From assembly GCA_965218585.1 (NCBI GenBank), contig CBDCLE010000026.1, positions 128,001 to 192,000 of the forward strand: a DNA stretch of 64,000 nt, written 5' to 3'. The stretch's first letter is position 1, and each line of letters starts with the position of its first letter. The DNA is from Terriglobia bacterium (GTDB taxonomy: Bacteria > Acidobacteriota > Terriglobia > 20CM-2-55-15). The notes beneath the pieces are model-generated. The model worked only from the letters and a program-made list of their open reading frames with translations. It was not told the DNA's origin and did no database searches. Below are positions 1-9,785 of the stretch, piece after piece. Made by a program: the position numbers and the translations under genes.

Positions 1-577
1 GCTGCAACTCGGGCCGCGGAACCTGCATGCGTCGCGCGTTACCGATGCCTGGGTGTGGGATGTCACCGTCGCCGGCGATCTCGTTAGAGGTATCTACAAC
101 GATGACGCGTTTTTCGAGTTCGGTGGAGAGTACGCGGGCGCTTTCGCGCAAAAGCGTCGTCTTGCCGATTCCTGGACGTCCCAGCAACAACAGGCTCTTG
201 CCGGACTCGATGACATCACGCAATATGTCGACCGTACCAAATACAGCCCGACCCACACGACACGTCAAACCCACAACGTCGTTGCGCCGGTTTCGAATCG
301 CCGAAATCCTATGCAGCGTGCGTTCGATCCCTGCCCGGTTATCCCCTGTAAAGGAACCCACCCGATCCACGACATGATCGAGTTCGTCCTTTCTTACCGC
401 TTCTTCCCTCAGATAGACGGACCGATCGGGAAAACGGGCTTCGGGGCGACGGCCCAGATCCAGGAGAATCTCGATCAGATCATCGACTCTTTTCTCCTGA
501 TCCAGGGCTGCTCGTATATCGCCAGGAAGGGCCAGGAGCAGCAGTTCCAGATCGTCGGTGATTTCCCTGCTCGGCAC
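1..577 (-). CDS. Ycf45/SpoIIIAA-like AAA ATPase (often R3H-fused); partial, runs off the window start
   Basis: Absent from the ORF track, which shows only + strand shadows. Manual translation from GTG at 577 (GGGAGG SD upstream): MPSREITDDLE...DLIEIFLDLGRRPEARF...RAGIERTLHRISAIRNR...LLLLGRPGIGKTTLLRE (Walker A)...VIVVDTSNEIAGDGDIPHPGIGNARRMQVPRPELQ. Confidence 0.9.
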   Translation of the reverse strand, partial: MPSREITDDLELLLLALPGDIRAALDQEKRVDDLIEILLDLGRRPEARFPDRSVYLREEAVRKDELDHVVDRVGSFTGDNRAGIERTLHRISAIRNRRNDVVGLTCRVGRAVFGTVDILRDVIESGKSLLLLGRPGIGKTTLLRESARVLSTELEKRVIVVDTSNEIAGDGDIPHPGIGNARRMQVPRPELQ

Positions 578-591
578 GATTCCCTCCCCCA

Positions 592-651
592 CTGTAGGTG
601 CGGTCTATGACCGCACTTTCTTGATTGTGCGCTCCGAGAGCGCACCTACAG
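592..651. repeat. GTAG-type REP doublet (REPIN-like)
   Basis: CTGTAG-GTGCGGTC-TAT-GACCGCAC (592-616) and inverted partner GTGCGCTC-CGA-GAGCGCAC-CTACAG (627-651). The first unit recurs exactly, inverted, at 18873-18897. Confidence 0.85.
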
Positions 652-727
652 CATCAGATCGAACTCCATCTTGAATAAACTTACCTCTGATATAGTAAGA
701 AACAGGAGGAGTGAATAAAAGCGGGCA

Positions 728-1132
728 ATGGCAACACTTCGACGATTAAACGAATTACCTACCGGAAGCGGGTCTCATGAGGAGAGGCAAGAGACACGCT
801 CCCGACTCCGGAGTGTCGAAGATTGGTCTGGGATACTGGAATCATCGGCAACAGAACCGATTCTCGTATTCAAGCACAGCACTACCTGTAGTATCAGCTC
901 CCAGGTGCTAGTCGACGTTAACGAATTTCTCTCGAAAAACCGGGAAGTACGGTTCGGCATCGTGCACGTCATAGAGGACCGAAGCCTGTCAGATGCGATT
1001 GCGGATCATACAGGCATACGCCACGAATCACCCCAAATGATAGCCATCAGGAACAAACGCCCGATCTGGCACGCCTCCCACTGGTCAATCGACTTCGCCG
1101 AACTCGAAAGACTCTTGCCGACAGTGGAGTAG
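728..1132 (+). CDS. ytxJ: Monothiol bacilliredoxin BrxC/YtxJ family (DUF2847)
   Basis: FKHSTTCSIS single-Cys motif, GIRHESPQ, WHASH. Confidence 0.85.
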   Translation: MATLRRLNELPTGSGSHEERQETRSRLRSVEDWSGILESSATEPILVFKHSTTCSISSQVLVDVNEFLSKNREVRFGIVHVIEDRSLSDAIADHTGIRHESPQMIAIRNKRPIWHASHWSIDFAELERLLPTVE

Positions 1133-1220
1133 GGTACTCCGCTATCCAGTCATGGATCACCGGTAGCAGAAGCCGGATACTGTAGAACCTTAGTGTAGTG
1201 ACTCTGGGAGGGTCCTGACA

Positions 1221-3251
1221 ATGGCCGCACCCCAATTTACGAACCACCTCGCCACAGAAACCAGTCCGTACTTGCTGCAGCATGCCCACAATCCTGTGGA
1301 TTGGTTCCCATGGGGCGACAAAGCGCTGGAAAAGGCGAAACAGGAAGACAGACCAATCCTCCTCAGCATCGGTTATTCCGCATGCCACTGGTGTCATGTG
1401 ATGGAACACGAATCGTTTGAGGACACCTCAATAGCCGAGCAGATGAATGACAACTTCATCAATATCAAGGTGGATCGTGAGGAGCGACCCGATCTGGATC
1501 AGATCTACATGAGCGCTGTGCAGTTGATGACGGGCAGCGGCGGGTGGCCGCTCACCGTGTTCCTGACACCGGATGCCAAACCCTTTTACGGTGGCACCTA
1601 TTTCCCTCCTGACGACCGCTACAACAGACCAGGATTCCGGAGGGTCCTGGCCACGATTTCCCAGGCTTACCAGGAGCGCCGTTCTGACGTCATCAAGAAT
1701 GCACAGACACTGATTGAGCAGATCAACGCCCAATCGACCCGAGCCGACGCGGACTCTCAGATTGGTGTGGATCTCATGGAGCAGGCACAGAACGGAATCG
1801 CTTCACAGTTTGACACCAGCCATGGGGGGTTTGGTTCCGCACCGAAGTTCCCGCCGAGCATGACAATCGATTTTCTTCTGCGTCATCATCACAGAACGGG
1901 CAGCGAACTGTCTCTTCAGATCTCAAACCTGACGCTCCACAAGATGGCTTTTGGTGGGCTTTACGACCATCTGGGCGGCGGATTCCACAGATACTCTACA
2001 GACGAAAAATGGCTGGTCCCTCACTTCGAAAAAATGCTCTATGACAATGCCCTCCTGGGTCGCGCCTACGTCGATGGGTTTAAAGTGACCGGCCTGCCTC
2101 TGTACCAGAGAATCGTCGAAGAAACTCTCGACTTCGTTGGACGAGAGATGCGGGACGGTGGGGGCGGCTTCTACTCGACACTCGACGCCGACAGTGAGGG
2201 CGTTGAAGGAAAGTTCTATGTCTGGAGCCGGGATGAGTTTGATGACGTCGTCGGGCCCGATCGAGACATTCTTGCCCGATATCTCGATGTCACCCAACAG
2301 GGCAACTTCGAAGGCCACAATATTCTGAACGTTCCAGAATTCCCTGACGCCTTCAGTCAAAGCGAAGGCGTGTCTTCAGAACAGTTGGCCGAATGGATGA
2401 AGGACGCGCGCCAGCGCTTGATGGAACGTCGTGAAACACGCGTACGCCCGGCCCGGGATGAGAAGATTCTGACCGACTGGAATGGTCTAATGCTTCGGAC
2501 GTACGCAGATGCGGCAGCGTGTTTGGGCCGTGCCGACTACCGACAGATCGCGGAATCCAACGCGGAATTCCTGCTTTCCGTAATGTGGGATGGGCGACGA
2601 CTTCTTCATGCGTTCAAGGATGGGAAAGCTCGATTCAATGCTTACCTTGATGACTACGCCAATTTGGCGGATGGCCTCCTTGGTCTATATGAACTAACCT
2701 TTGAAGAACGCTGGCTTCAGGCTTCGATTCAGCTCACCGAACACATGGTCGAAAACTTCTGGGACGAAGAGAACGGCGCGCTCTTCTTTACCGGCAGCAG
2801 CCATGAAACATTGGTGGCCCGAACAAAAGAATACTTCGACAACGCCACTCCTTCGGGAAACTCGATGGCTGCGGGTCTGCTGGCACGTCTTGGAAAGCTT
2901 CTGGATCGTAACGATTTCACGGACAAGTCGGAACGTATCTGCAGAAGCGTCGGCGAGTACATTCGGCGGTTTCCATCCGGCTTCGGAAAGATGCTTGCTG
3001 CAGTCGATTTCCTGACTGGCCCCTCACAGGAGATCGCTATTGTCGGACAACCCGATCCCTTCCTGCCCGCTCTAGGAAGGTGCTATCTGCCTCGAACCGT
3101 CATTGCCGGGGGTGAGACCGAGAATGTTTGGCTCCTGGAGAACAGGAGTACGCTTGACGGAAAACCGACAGCGTACGTGTGCGAAAATTACGTGTGCAAC
3201 CAACCGACGACCGACGCCGTAGTCTTTGAAGGACTCTTGCAAAAGTCATGA
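1221..3251 (+). CDS. yyaL: Thioredoxin-domain protein YyaL/DUF255 (SPATA20 homologue) with alpha/alpha-barrel domain
   Basis: [62 protein letters not shown]; GGAGG SD. Confidence 0.93.
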   Translation: MAAPQFTNHLATETSPYLLQHAHNPVDWFPWGDKALEKAKQEDRPILLSIGYSACHWCHVMEHESFEDTSIAEQMNDNFINIKVDREERPDLDQIYMSAVQLMTGSGGWPLTVFLTPDAKPFYGGTYFPPDDRYNRPGFRRVLATISQAYQERRSDVIKNAQTLIEQINAQSTRADADSQIGVDLMEQAQNGIASQFDTSHGGFGSAPKFPPSMTIDFLLRHHHRTGSELSLQISNLTLHKMAFGGLYDHLGGGFHRYSTDEKWLVPHFEKMLYDNALLGRAYVDGFKVTGLPLYQRIVEETLDFVGREMRDGGGGFYSTLDADSEGVEGKFYVWSRDEFDDVVGPDRDILARYLDVTQQGNFEGHNILNVPEFPDAFSQSEGVSSEQLAEWMKDARQRLMERRETRVRPARDEKILTDWNGLMLRTYADAAACLGRADYRQIAESNAEFLLSVMWDGRRLLHAFKDGKARFNAYLDDYANLADGLLGLYELTFEERWLQASIQLTEHMVENFWDEENGALFFTGSSHETLVARTKEYFDNATPSGNSMAAGLLARLGKLLDRNDFTDKSERICRSVGEYIRRFPSGFGKMLAAVDFLTGPSQEIAIVGQPDPFLPALGRCYLPRTVIAGGETENVWLLENRSTLDGKPTAYVCENYVCNQPTTDAVVFEGLLQKS

Positions 3252-3547
3252 CTTGGAACGCTTTTCTGGACCACATGCGACCCAGTGGCTTGAATCCCCA
3301 CGAAGAGGAATTCATGGACGACTACGGGTTGCTGGCGACACGTAAATATCCCAGGCTTCAAGGTCGCTATTTCAGATGTATGTTCGCGGTGACCCGAATC
3401 GAAGAATTTAGTTTCGAAACTTATGTCTTCCCTTCTCCGACAGACGCGAATGCTTTCGAGGAATTGATGGAGCGGGATAACGGATGGCAAAGGCGCGAGA
3501 ATCTGGTCTTCCATACCGATCCCGAAGACATGATTCCCCTCACTTGA
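3248..3547 (+). CDS. Hypothetical protein, 99 aa
   Basis: ATGA overlap with the yyaL stop; globular-looking composition; fills the gap before the convergent M23 gene. Confidence 0.65.
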   Translation: MTWNAFLDHMRPSGLNPHEEEFMDDYGLLATRKYPRLQGRYFRCMFAVTRIEEFSFETYVFPSPTDANAFEELMERDNGWQRRENLVFHTDPEDMIPLT

Positions 3548-3575
3548 GAACACGATTGGATGTCTTGACAGGTCT

Positions 3576-4799
3576 CTACTCGGCAAGTTCGATACGGTTC
3601 GCAGCCACTCTTCCCAGATTTCCAAGTCCGGATTGAAGGGCCACGATTGAGCGCAGGTACTCGTTCCTGAGCTCTTCGGCAATCGGTTTGGGCGGATCTG
3701 CCCGTACAGTCCTCGGATCGATGACCCGGCTATTAACCGTCATTCGATAATCGAGATGCGGGCCCGTGGCGGTGCCGGTCATGCCGACGCGTCCGATCGT
3801 TTCTTTCTGCACGACACGCTGTCCGACGTTGACTGCAATCGAAGACAAATGGGCGTATGAAGTGGTCATCCCATTGGGATGACGCAGGGTAACCATTCGA
3901 CCGAAACCGCCGTTCGTACCGGCAAAGGTTACGGTTCCGGTCGACACGGCCCAGACTGGAGTCCCTGTGGGGGCCGCGTAGTCGACTCCTAGATGCGGTC
4001 GGACCGTGTTGTAAATCGGATGGAGCCTGTTGTAGCTGAATCCCGAACTAATGCGGGTAAACTGCAGTGGCGAGGGAAGCAGGGAGCGCCTGGCGCTCAT
4101 GCCGTTTTCGTCGTAGTATTCGTCCTGGAAACGATATGCCTGCAAGGGTTTCCCTCTATTCACAAACTCAGCGGCAAGCACGGAACCGTATTTCACGAAT
4201 TCATCATCGTGATACTTCCCTTCTACAATCAAGCGAATCGCATCACCAGATCTGAGGTCCTTATAGAAGTCGACCTGTGCTTCGAAGACGCTGGCGAGTT
4301 CCATCACCAACCAGTCTCCTTTTGGGAAACCTTCCAATGCTCCCCATAGAGAACTGGCCACCGAAGCGGAAATCGTGTCTGTCCGGATTTCGAGAGGTAA
4401 GGCCTCGACTCTTGCCGAAAACCCCTCGTCATTGCGGGCGACTTTGAGCACTCGCTCGTCATCGATGGAATACTCGAAGGTGAGGAGGTCGCCATCCGGC
4501 TCCAGCAGGAGTCGGTACGTGCGTCCGGGCCTGAAACTTCGAACGTTGAAGACGGGACCTACCGCCTCACCAATAGCGTAGGCGACGGAGTGTGAGATGT
4601 CGTGTCCGACCAGAGTGGTCGAAAGAGTCTCGGTGCGCTCGAAAGTCCCCTCGACAAACACGGGTGGCGGTGGAAGTTCCTCTACGAGCGAAGCTGCCTC
4701 AGCCTGAAGGTCGATTTCAAAGTTGCGGGGAACCGCCACAAAGATCACCGCACACAGCAGGACCCACATACAGGCCGGATGACACTTATAAACTCCCAT
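3576..4799 (-). CDS. M23 family peptidoglycan DD-endopeptidase (MepM-like)
   Basis: N-terminal hydrophobic segment, RISSGF, HLGVDYAAPTGTPV (HxxxD), YAHLS, ATGPHLDY. Confidence 0.92.
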   Translation of the reverse strand: MGVYKCHPACMWVLLCAVIFVAVPRNFEIDLQAEAASLVEELPPPPVFVEGTFERTETLSTTLVGHDISHSVAYAIGEAVGPVFNVRSFRPGRTYRLLLEPDGDLLTFEYSIDDERVLKVARNDEGFSARVEALPLEIRTDTISASVASSLWGALEGFPKGDWLVMELASVFEAQVDFYKDLRSGDAIRLIVEGKYHDDEFVKYGSVLAAEFVNRGKPLQAYRFQDEYYDENGMSARRSLLPSPLQFTRISSGFSYNRLHPIYNTVRPHLGVDYAAPTGTPVWAVSTGTVTFAGTNGGFGRMVTLRHPNGMTTSYAHLSSIAVNVGQRVVQKETIGRVGMTGTATGPHLDYRMTVNSRVIDPRTVRADPPKPIAEELRNEYLRSIVALQSGLGNLGRVAANRIELAE

Positions 4800-4890
4800 T
4801 CGATCTCCGTAATCAAAAAGAGCCTGATTCCGGAGCCCTAAGGCTCCATCTCTTCAGGCGCTTAGGTCGTCGGGAAAGACAACTGCGCAT

Positions 4891-4918
4891 ATTTTACACC
4901 TTACAGCATGTCTGTAAA
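4891..4918 (-). promoter_or_regulatory. Putative sigma70 promoter of the M23 gene with overlapping palindrome
   Basis: Minus strand TTTACA-16 nt-TAAAAT; perfect inverted repeat TTACAG-N5-CTGTAA overlaps the -35 and spacer. Confidence 0.5.
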
Positions 4919-4935
4919 CACTTAGAAATCAACTA

Positions 4936-5719
4936 GGGCGTGTTAACACTAATGAGCATGAATGTTTTATAATCAGGCATGGAGATCACACAGGAGCAGT
5001 ATTGTCGCATCGAGCCGGAACTGCCGCGTCAGCGGGGCAACGTCAGTCTTTCGAACCTGACGGTCTTGAACGCCATTTTGTATGTGGCTGAGCAGGGCTG
5101 CAAGTGGCGCGGTCTGCCCAAGCGCTTTGGCAACTGGCACACCATCTACACCCGGATGAACCGCTGGTCCAAGAACGGGGTGCTCGACGCCGTCTTCGAA
5201 AAACTCCAGCGCGAGCAACTGGTGCGCATCCGGGTGGAAGCCGTTTCGATGGACTCGACCATTGTGAAGGTGCATCCCGACGGCACGGGAGCGTTAAAAA
5301 AAACGGTCCGCAAGCGATCGGCAAATCCCGCGGTGGATGGACCACCAAGATTCATCTGGTTGCCGCGAATGCTCGAACGGCGATAACGTTTGCGCTCTCG
5401 CCCGGCCAAGCGCACGACGCCCCGCAGGGCCGCGATCTGCTGCCGCTGCTGATGGACCGTGCCTACCAGGACGACCAGACCCGCCAATTGGCTCTGGATT
5501 TTGGGTGGATTCCCGTCGTGCCGCCCAAGCGCAACCGCCTGGAGCCGTGGGAATACGACCGCGTGCTCTACCGCCGCAGGAACGAAGTCGAGAGGCTCTT
5601 CCGCCGACTCAAGGGTTTTCGGCGTATCTTCTCCCGTTTCGATAAACTCGACGTCATGTTCCTCGCCTTCCTTCACTTCGCACTCATCGTCGAGGCACTA
5701 CGTTAGTGTTAACACGCTC
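4936..5719 (+). mobile_element. IS5-family (IS427-like group) insertion sequence, copy 1, 784 bp, with a 30-bp internal deletion
   Basis: TIRs GGGCGTGTTAACACTAA / TTAGTGTTAACACGCTC; TA on both flanks; two overlapping ORFs; near-identical to 50913-51726. Confidence 0.95.
4979..5706 (+). CDS. IS5-family transposase, orfA (4979-5386) plus orfB joined by a -1 frameshift
   Basis: orfA GCKWRGLPKRFGNWHTIYTRMNRW and MDSTIVKVH; TT-A8-C slippery run at 5294-5304; orfB GKSRGGWTTKIH, MDRAY, YRRRNEVERLF. Confidence 0.9.
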
Positions 5720-5917
5720 TAACATCTGTGTATCCAAAGCGTCAAACACGGTACAGATCACGTTTTCCTCGTTATAGACGCCTGCGAATTACCCGAAATC
5801 GAATCCGAGGAAGTCCTCGGGACGGCGACCTACGCTTCGAGAGAACCGTCTTTTTGCTTGCAATTGGACCACTGAGAGTTATTCAATTTACGTAGCGCGA
5901 AGGAGAAGACTCACTTG

Positions 5918-6226
5918 ATGAAGCTTGTTGTTACGATCCTGATACTCGCTGTAGCGTTCGGATCGGTCTGGGTTCCCGCTATCCTTGGCCAAAATGAGGA
6001 ACCCGCGGAGGAAGAACAGGCTGAACAAGCCGAGAGCGAGCAGGTCACCGAACGAGAGAGAGATCCCGTCTGCAACATCGTCGTTCAGCGAAACCCGGAA
6101 TTATCGGCCGAGTACCGGGGAAAGACCTATTACTTCTGCATGAAGGCCGACATGGAAGCCTTCAAGAAAGACCCAGAGAAGTACCTTCAGGGCGAAGACC
6201 ACTCCCATCCAGATCTCGACAGTTAA
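5918..6226 (+). CDS. Exported YHS-domain protein
   Basis: Signal peptide, acidic linker, DPVC...YRGKTYYFC...FKKDPEKY; AAGGAG SD. Confidence 0.85.
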   Translation: MKLVVTILILAVAFGSVWVPAILGQNEEPAEEEQAEQAESEQVTERERDPVCNIVVQRNPELSAEYRGKTYYFCMKADMEAFKKDPEKYLQGEDHSHPDLDS

Positions 6227-6277
6227 CCTTCCTCTTTCACTAAGCCGGAACGCTTGCTTCGGGACCTGTCATTGCGC

Positions 6278-7525
6278 CTATCGTCCCGGATGCATCCCTA
6301 TCGACGTTCCCGGATAGTAGTGTCTAAGAATTTCTTCAGAGGAAGACCCTCCAAGAGCCATCACAGCTGCCCCAATCTGGCACAAGCCGACACCATGGCC
6401 CCATCCTGCACCGATCAGAGTCGATCCCGTTGGCCCCTGTTCTGCAAGGAAGGCGGAACTGTAAAGATGGGAGGCTGACAACACTCGACGGATCTCGAGT
6501 TCTTTTCCGATATTCAACGTGCCGGCTCTGCCTTTGATCCTGAGTTTGACTATTCTTCCTGACGCACCCCTTTCGAGAGGTATCAATTCGAGGTCATCGC
6601 CAAGGTCGATTCCGGTGCGCGTGTGCACCAGTTCGGCCAGTTCTCTTGAGGAATAATCGACTCGCCAACGATAAAACTCACTGGTTTCCTGATCGAATCC
6701 GGGGAGTACTTCCGAAAGTAAGTCCGGATCCCTGGTGTTGCAGTAAGCGTCTGGACGACGGCGAGTCCAGTCGGCGTCGACTTCCATTCCGGACACTCTT
6801 TCCGCCGGTCCGTCGTAAACAGAAGCAAGGTACGGCACGTGACGGTCTTCCCAGGCCGAACGGTAGTCCTCGGTGACACCCCCGCAACACTTCGAAAAAC
6901 GGGCGTCACATACATCTCCATCGAACAACAAAACCTGGTTCCCTGTTTCGTGAACAGCCTGGCCGGCGCCTTCCGCACCTGTCACTCCAATCCCTTGATA
7001 GCGTTGACAGTGGTCGTCTCCGCAGACGTCAAACCCATCGTGTGACTCCCTGCCGTACCAGCAGAGGATCTCCCATTCGTTTGGACCCGTCTGTTGTTCG
7101 GACCTGAAAGCCTGGCCAAGATCAGGATTTCGAATCTGAGATACGAGCCAACTTCTGGAAATGACCGCATGCGCCTTCAGTAATTCCGGCGGACTGTTCG
7201 CACTCATTTCAGAGACGATGACGCTCTCGGTATAGGCCTCCAGCCCCACATCGTTGATAATCGTCAAACCACCGGCGGCTTTCTCGATCCGCAAACCTCC
7301 CCTGAAACCTTGTCTCTGCTCCCTCTGCCAATGAAACCCGACTCCGATAGTAATGTCTTCGACAGTGAAGGATTCGGTTTCCGGATTCAACGGGTCCAAC
7401 GCAATAGGACTATTGAATTCGTACTCTCCTGATTCGTACGTTTGACCGGAAGGGGTTCGAAACACGCCGCGGAGTGCAACACGAAACCGAGATCGTCCTT
7501 GGGCAAGGCCAACTGCCAACTTCAC
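6278..7525 (-). CDS. SpoIID/LytB-domain protein (lytic transglycosylase-like)
   Basis: LEAYTESVIVSEM, LKAHAVISRS, FDVCGDDHCQRYQG, VPYLASV, GWGHGVGLCQ, ILRHYYPG; no signal peptide. Confidence 0.9.
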   Translation of the reverse strand: MKLAVGLAQGRSRFRVALRGVFRTPSGQTYESGEYEFNSPIALDPLNPETESFTVEDITIGVGFHWQREQRQGFRGGLRIEKAAGGLTIINDVGLEAYTESVIVSEMSANSPPELLKAHAVISRSWLVSQIRNPDLGQAFRSEQQTGPNEWEILCWYGRESHDGFDVCGDDHCQRYQGIGVTGAEGAGQAVHETGNQVLLFDGDVCDARFSKCCGGVTEDYRSAWEDRHVPYLASVYDGPAERVSGMEVDADWTRRRPDAYCNTRDPDLLSEVLPGFDQETSEFYRWRVDYSSRELAELVHTRTGIDLGDDLELIPLERGASGRIVKLRIKGRAGTLNIGKELEIRRVLSASHLYSSAFLAEQGPTGSTLIGAGWGHGVGLCQIGAAVMALGGSSSEEILRHYYPGTSIGMHPGR

Positions 7526-8457
7526 GACAGCCTCAATGTGCGAGCTATTTTCTCCACCGTTCGTACGTCCAGCCCCACCTCTCCGAAAACCTGCTGAATA
7601 TCGGCGGCCGTGATCTTATCGAGGTCTGATTCGACGGGCAGTACAACGACTCCACACAGGTCGATCGCCCCGGGAGTCCAGGTCAATTCGCCCGTATGAA
7701 ATACGTCCGGTCGATGTTTGGATCGGGGAAACACAACCACTGACCATGCCCCGTCTCGATGGAAAGCTACGAGATTGACCATGGGTTCGATGCGGCCTTC
7801 GTTGTGCTCTTCGAGCGCAACCAGCAACTCTGAAAACTGCCCACTCAATCGCTCCGGGTTCGGATCGCTCAGAACAAGAACGCTACGGGGGTAGTCTGGG
7901 ATCAGGCCTCCCGACGTGTGATCGAGATCTTTAAGCAGCGGCAGGTCGCCCGAAAGGCAGGCTTGAAAATGCATGTGGTCCGGGGCGGAGGCCCCACATT
8001 CCGGTCCGTTGTACAGGACCATATATCCGGGCAACCGGCCGGCGAGTTCGAGCATCACTGGAAAGTGACGTTCGATCCGCTGAGGCGTGTGTTCCCTCAA
8101 AACAATCGACACATGCTTATCAAGGATCGGAAACGGATTGCAGGCTATGATGAAGTCGGAATCAAAACCCACCGCCTTTTCCTCCCCGGGCAGGTTATCC
8201 GCACACAAGAAGCATGCCCTTTTCCGGATCGAATCCGGATCAACGCGTGCCGTCGTACTCTCAATTCTGTGAGGGATATGTCGGGCCAAGACCGGAAAGC
8301 CATCGACCAGGAACTCGCGGGACCGGGCCCTGGTCAAACCTTTTACGCCGTACTTTAGCTGGGGCCATTCCCTTGTCTGACGGTCAAAGAGGCGATCGAT
8401 CTCACCGACGACTGATACCGGCTCGAGCGGAGCCAGTGTTCGTTCATCCCAATTCAC
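7522..8457 (-). CDS. DUF4922 family protein (HIT-like HxHxQ nucleoside-diphosphate-sugar/Ap4A phosphorylase fold)
   Basis: RACFLC, NPFPI, HTPQRI, YNGPECGASAPDHMHFQ, VFPRSKHRP. Confidence 0.85.
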   Translation of the reverse strand: MNWDERTLAPLEPVSVVGEIDRLFDRQTREWPQLKYGVKGLTRARSREFLVDGFPVLARHIPHRIESTTARVDPDSIRKRACFLCADNLPGEEKAVGFDSDFIIACNPFPILDKHVSIVLREHTPQRIERHFPVMLELAGRLPGYMVLYNGPECGASAPDHMHFQACLSGDLPLLKDLDHTSGGLIPDYPRSVLVLSDPNPERLSGQFSELLVALEEHNEGRIEPMVNLVAFHRDGAWSVVVFPRSKHRPDVFHTGELTWTPGAIDLCGVVVLPVESDLDKITAADIQQVFGEVGLDVRTVEKIARTLRLS

Positions 8458-9785
8458 CCGACATCCTGCTTTCGGCCGGGCATTCCTTCACCGGCCTTTT
8501 CAATCCGGGCTTCGATTTCTACCGTTCGCAGCCAGTCTTTGTAACTACTTCGGATGTTTGACAGCTCCGGAGAGAGATCAGCATCCGTGTTCTCCTCCCA
8601 ACGGCGACACAGGTAGAGCGAATCGTAGATCCTGCCGATCTCGAATTCACGAGAAACACGGAGGCCCATCGCATAGTCTTCGCCATAGCTGACGTTGGGG
8701 AATCCGAATCTGCGAACAACGGAAACGTCATAGGCACGGGGGGCACCCAATCCATTAACGCGAAGCAAATTATTATGTCCGTTCTCTGGCGTCCATTCTT
8801 TGTGGGCCACCAAACCGGGAGCTATCTCGTTCAGTTTGAAATCCACGGTCGTGTAGGATCCGGCAAGCATCGCGTATTGACTCGACTCCATTTCTCTCAC
8901 AACTCGTGCCAGGACGTTCGCATCCAGAAACAGATCATCGGAATCGAGTTGAAGCGCGAAGCGCCCACATGCCGGGGAAAAGATGGCTTCGTTCCAACAT
9001 CCGCCGATACCAAGGTCGCGGCTCTGGGGAATCTTCCGGACCAATCGGGAATCACCCAAGGATTCAATCACGCTTCCGGTGCTGTCTGTCGAGTGGTTGT
9101 CTATAACGATGACGTTGAAAGGAAAGTCCGCTTCCTGACCGAGGGCACTCTTGAGAGCTTCTCCGATCGTCCCTTCGCGATTACGGACAGGAATCACGAT
9201 GCTGGCTTTCACCGGAAATACGTCGTCGGCTGGGATTGTCTGAGTTTTGCGCGGAGGCAGGAACGCGCCGATCCGCTTCAGATGGCTAGTCGCAACTAAC
9301 TCCATTTCGTCCTGGTAGCTTGCTCTTGAAGAATCCAGATAGTCAAACCCCCGCTCGCCAGTAGAACGCTTATCCGGATCCTCAGCAGCGTAAAGCGGTT
9401 CGGGAATGCGGACGATCGGATTGTCGATGGACAGTTTCAGGCGCAGGTCGTACATCGTTCCCCAGCTGAGTTTGGGGTCGAACTCACCGTGACGCTCCAG
9501 AGCTCGGCGCGCCCGGGGAACCGAAACGGCGATAAGGGGGCCGAATTCGAAGTCGTCGCGTAAGCTGCCGACCTGATAGTCAATCCTGGGTCGTTGGGCG
9601 GAGTCCGCATATGCGATTCCTCCGCCACGGGAGTTCAAGACTTCGGCCATTCTCTGCAGCGTAAAAGTCTGCAGCTCGATCTTGTATCGAGGATCACCAA
9701 AGAAAATGATGTCCTCAGCCGTGTCCGAGAAAATTCGGCGAAGGGGCTCCCCAGAGCCGTCCGGCAAGTAATTTACCGACGTCAT
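8454..9785 (-). CDS. Glycosyltransferase family 2 with degenerate N-terminal GT-A half
   Basis: SIVIPVRNRE, VIDNHSTD, QLDSDD, SYGEDY; N-terminal IDYQVGSLRDDFEFG motif typical of DUF4922-linked GT2s. Confidence 0.9.
   Translation of the reverse strand: MTSVNYLPDGSGEPLRRIFSDTAEDIIFFGDPRYKIELQTFTLQRMAEVLNSRGGGIAYADSAQRPRIDYQVGSLRDDFEFGPLIAVSVPRARRALERHGEFDPKLSWGTMYDLRLKLSIDNPIVRIPEPLYAAEDPDKRSTGERGFDYLDSSRASYQDEMELVATSHLKRIGAFLPPRKTQTIPADDVFPVKASIVIPVRNREGTIGEALKSALGQEADFPFNVIVIDNHSTDSTGSVIESLGDSRLVRKIPQSRDLGIGGCWNEAIFSPACGRFALQLDSDDLFLDANVLARVVREMESSQYAMLAGSYTTVDFKLNEIAPGLVAHKEWTPENGHNNLLRVNGLGAPRAYDVSVVRRFGFPNVSYGEDYAMGLRVSREFEIGRIYDSLYLCRRWEENTDADLSPELSNIRSSYKDWLRTVEIEARIEKAGEGMPGRKQDVG

Noticed and set aside
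27-610. Plus-strand ORFs 27-377 and 53-610
   Set aside because: Antisense shadows of the minus-strand Ycf45-like ATPase.
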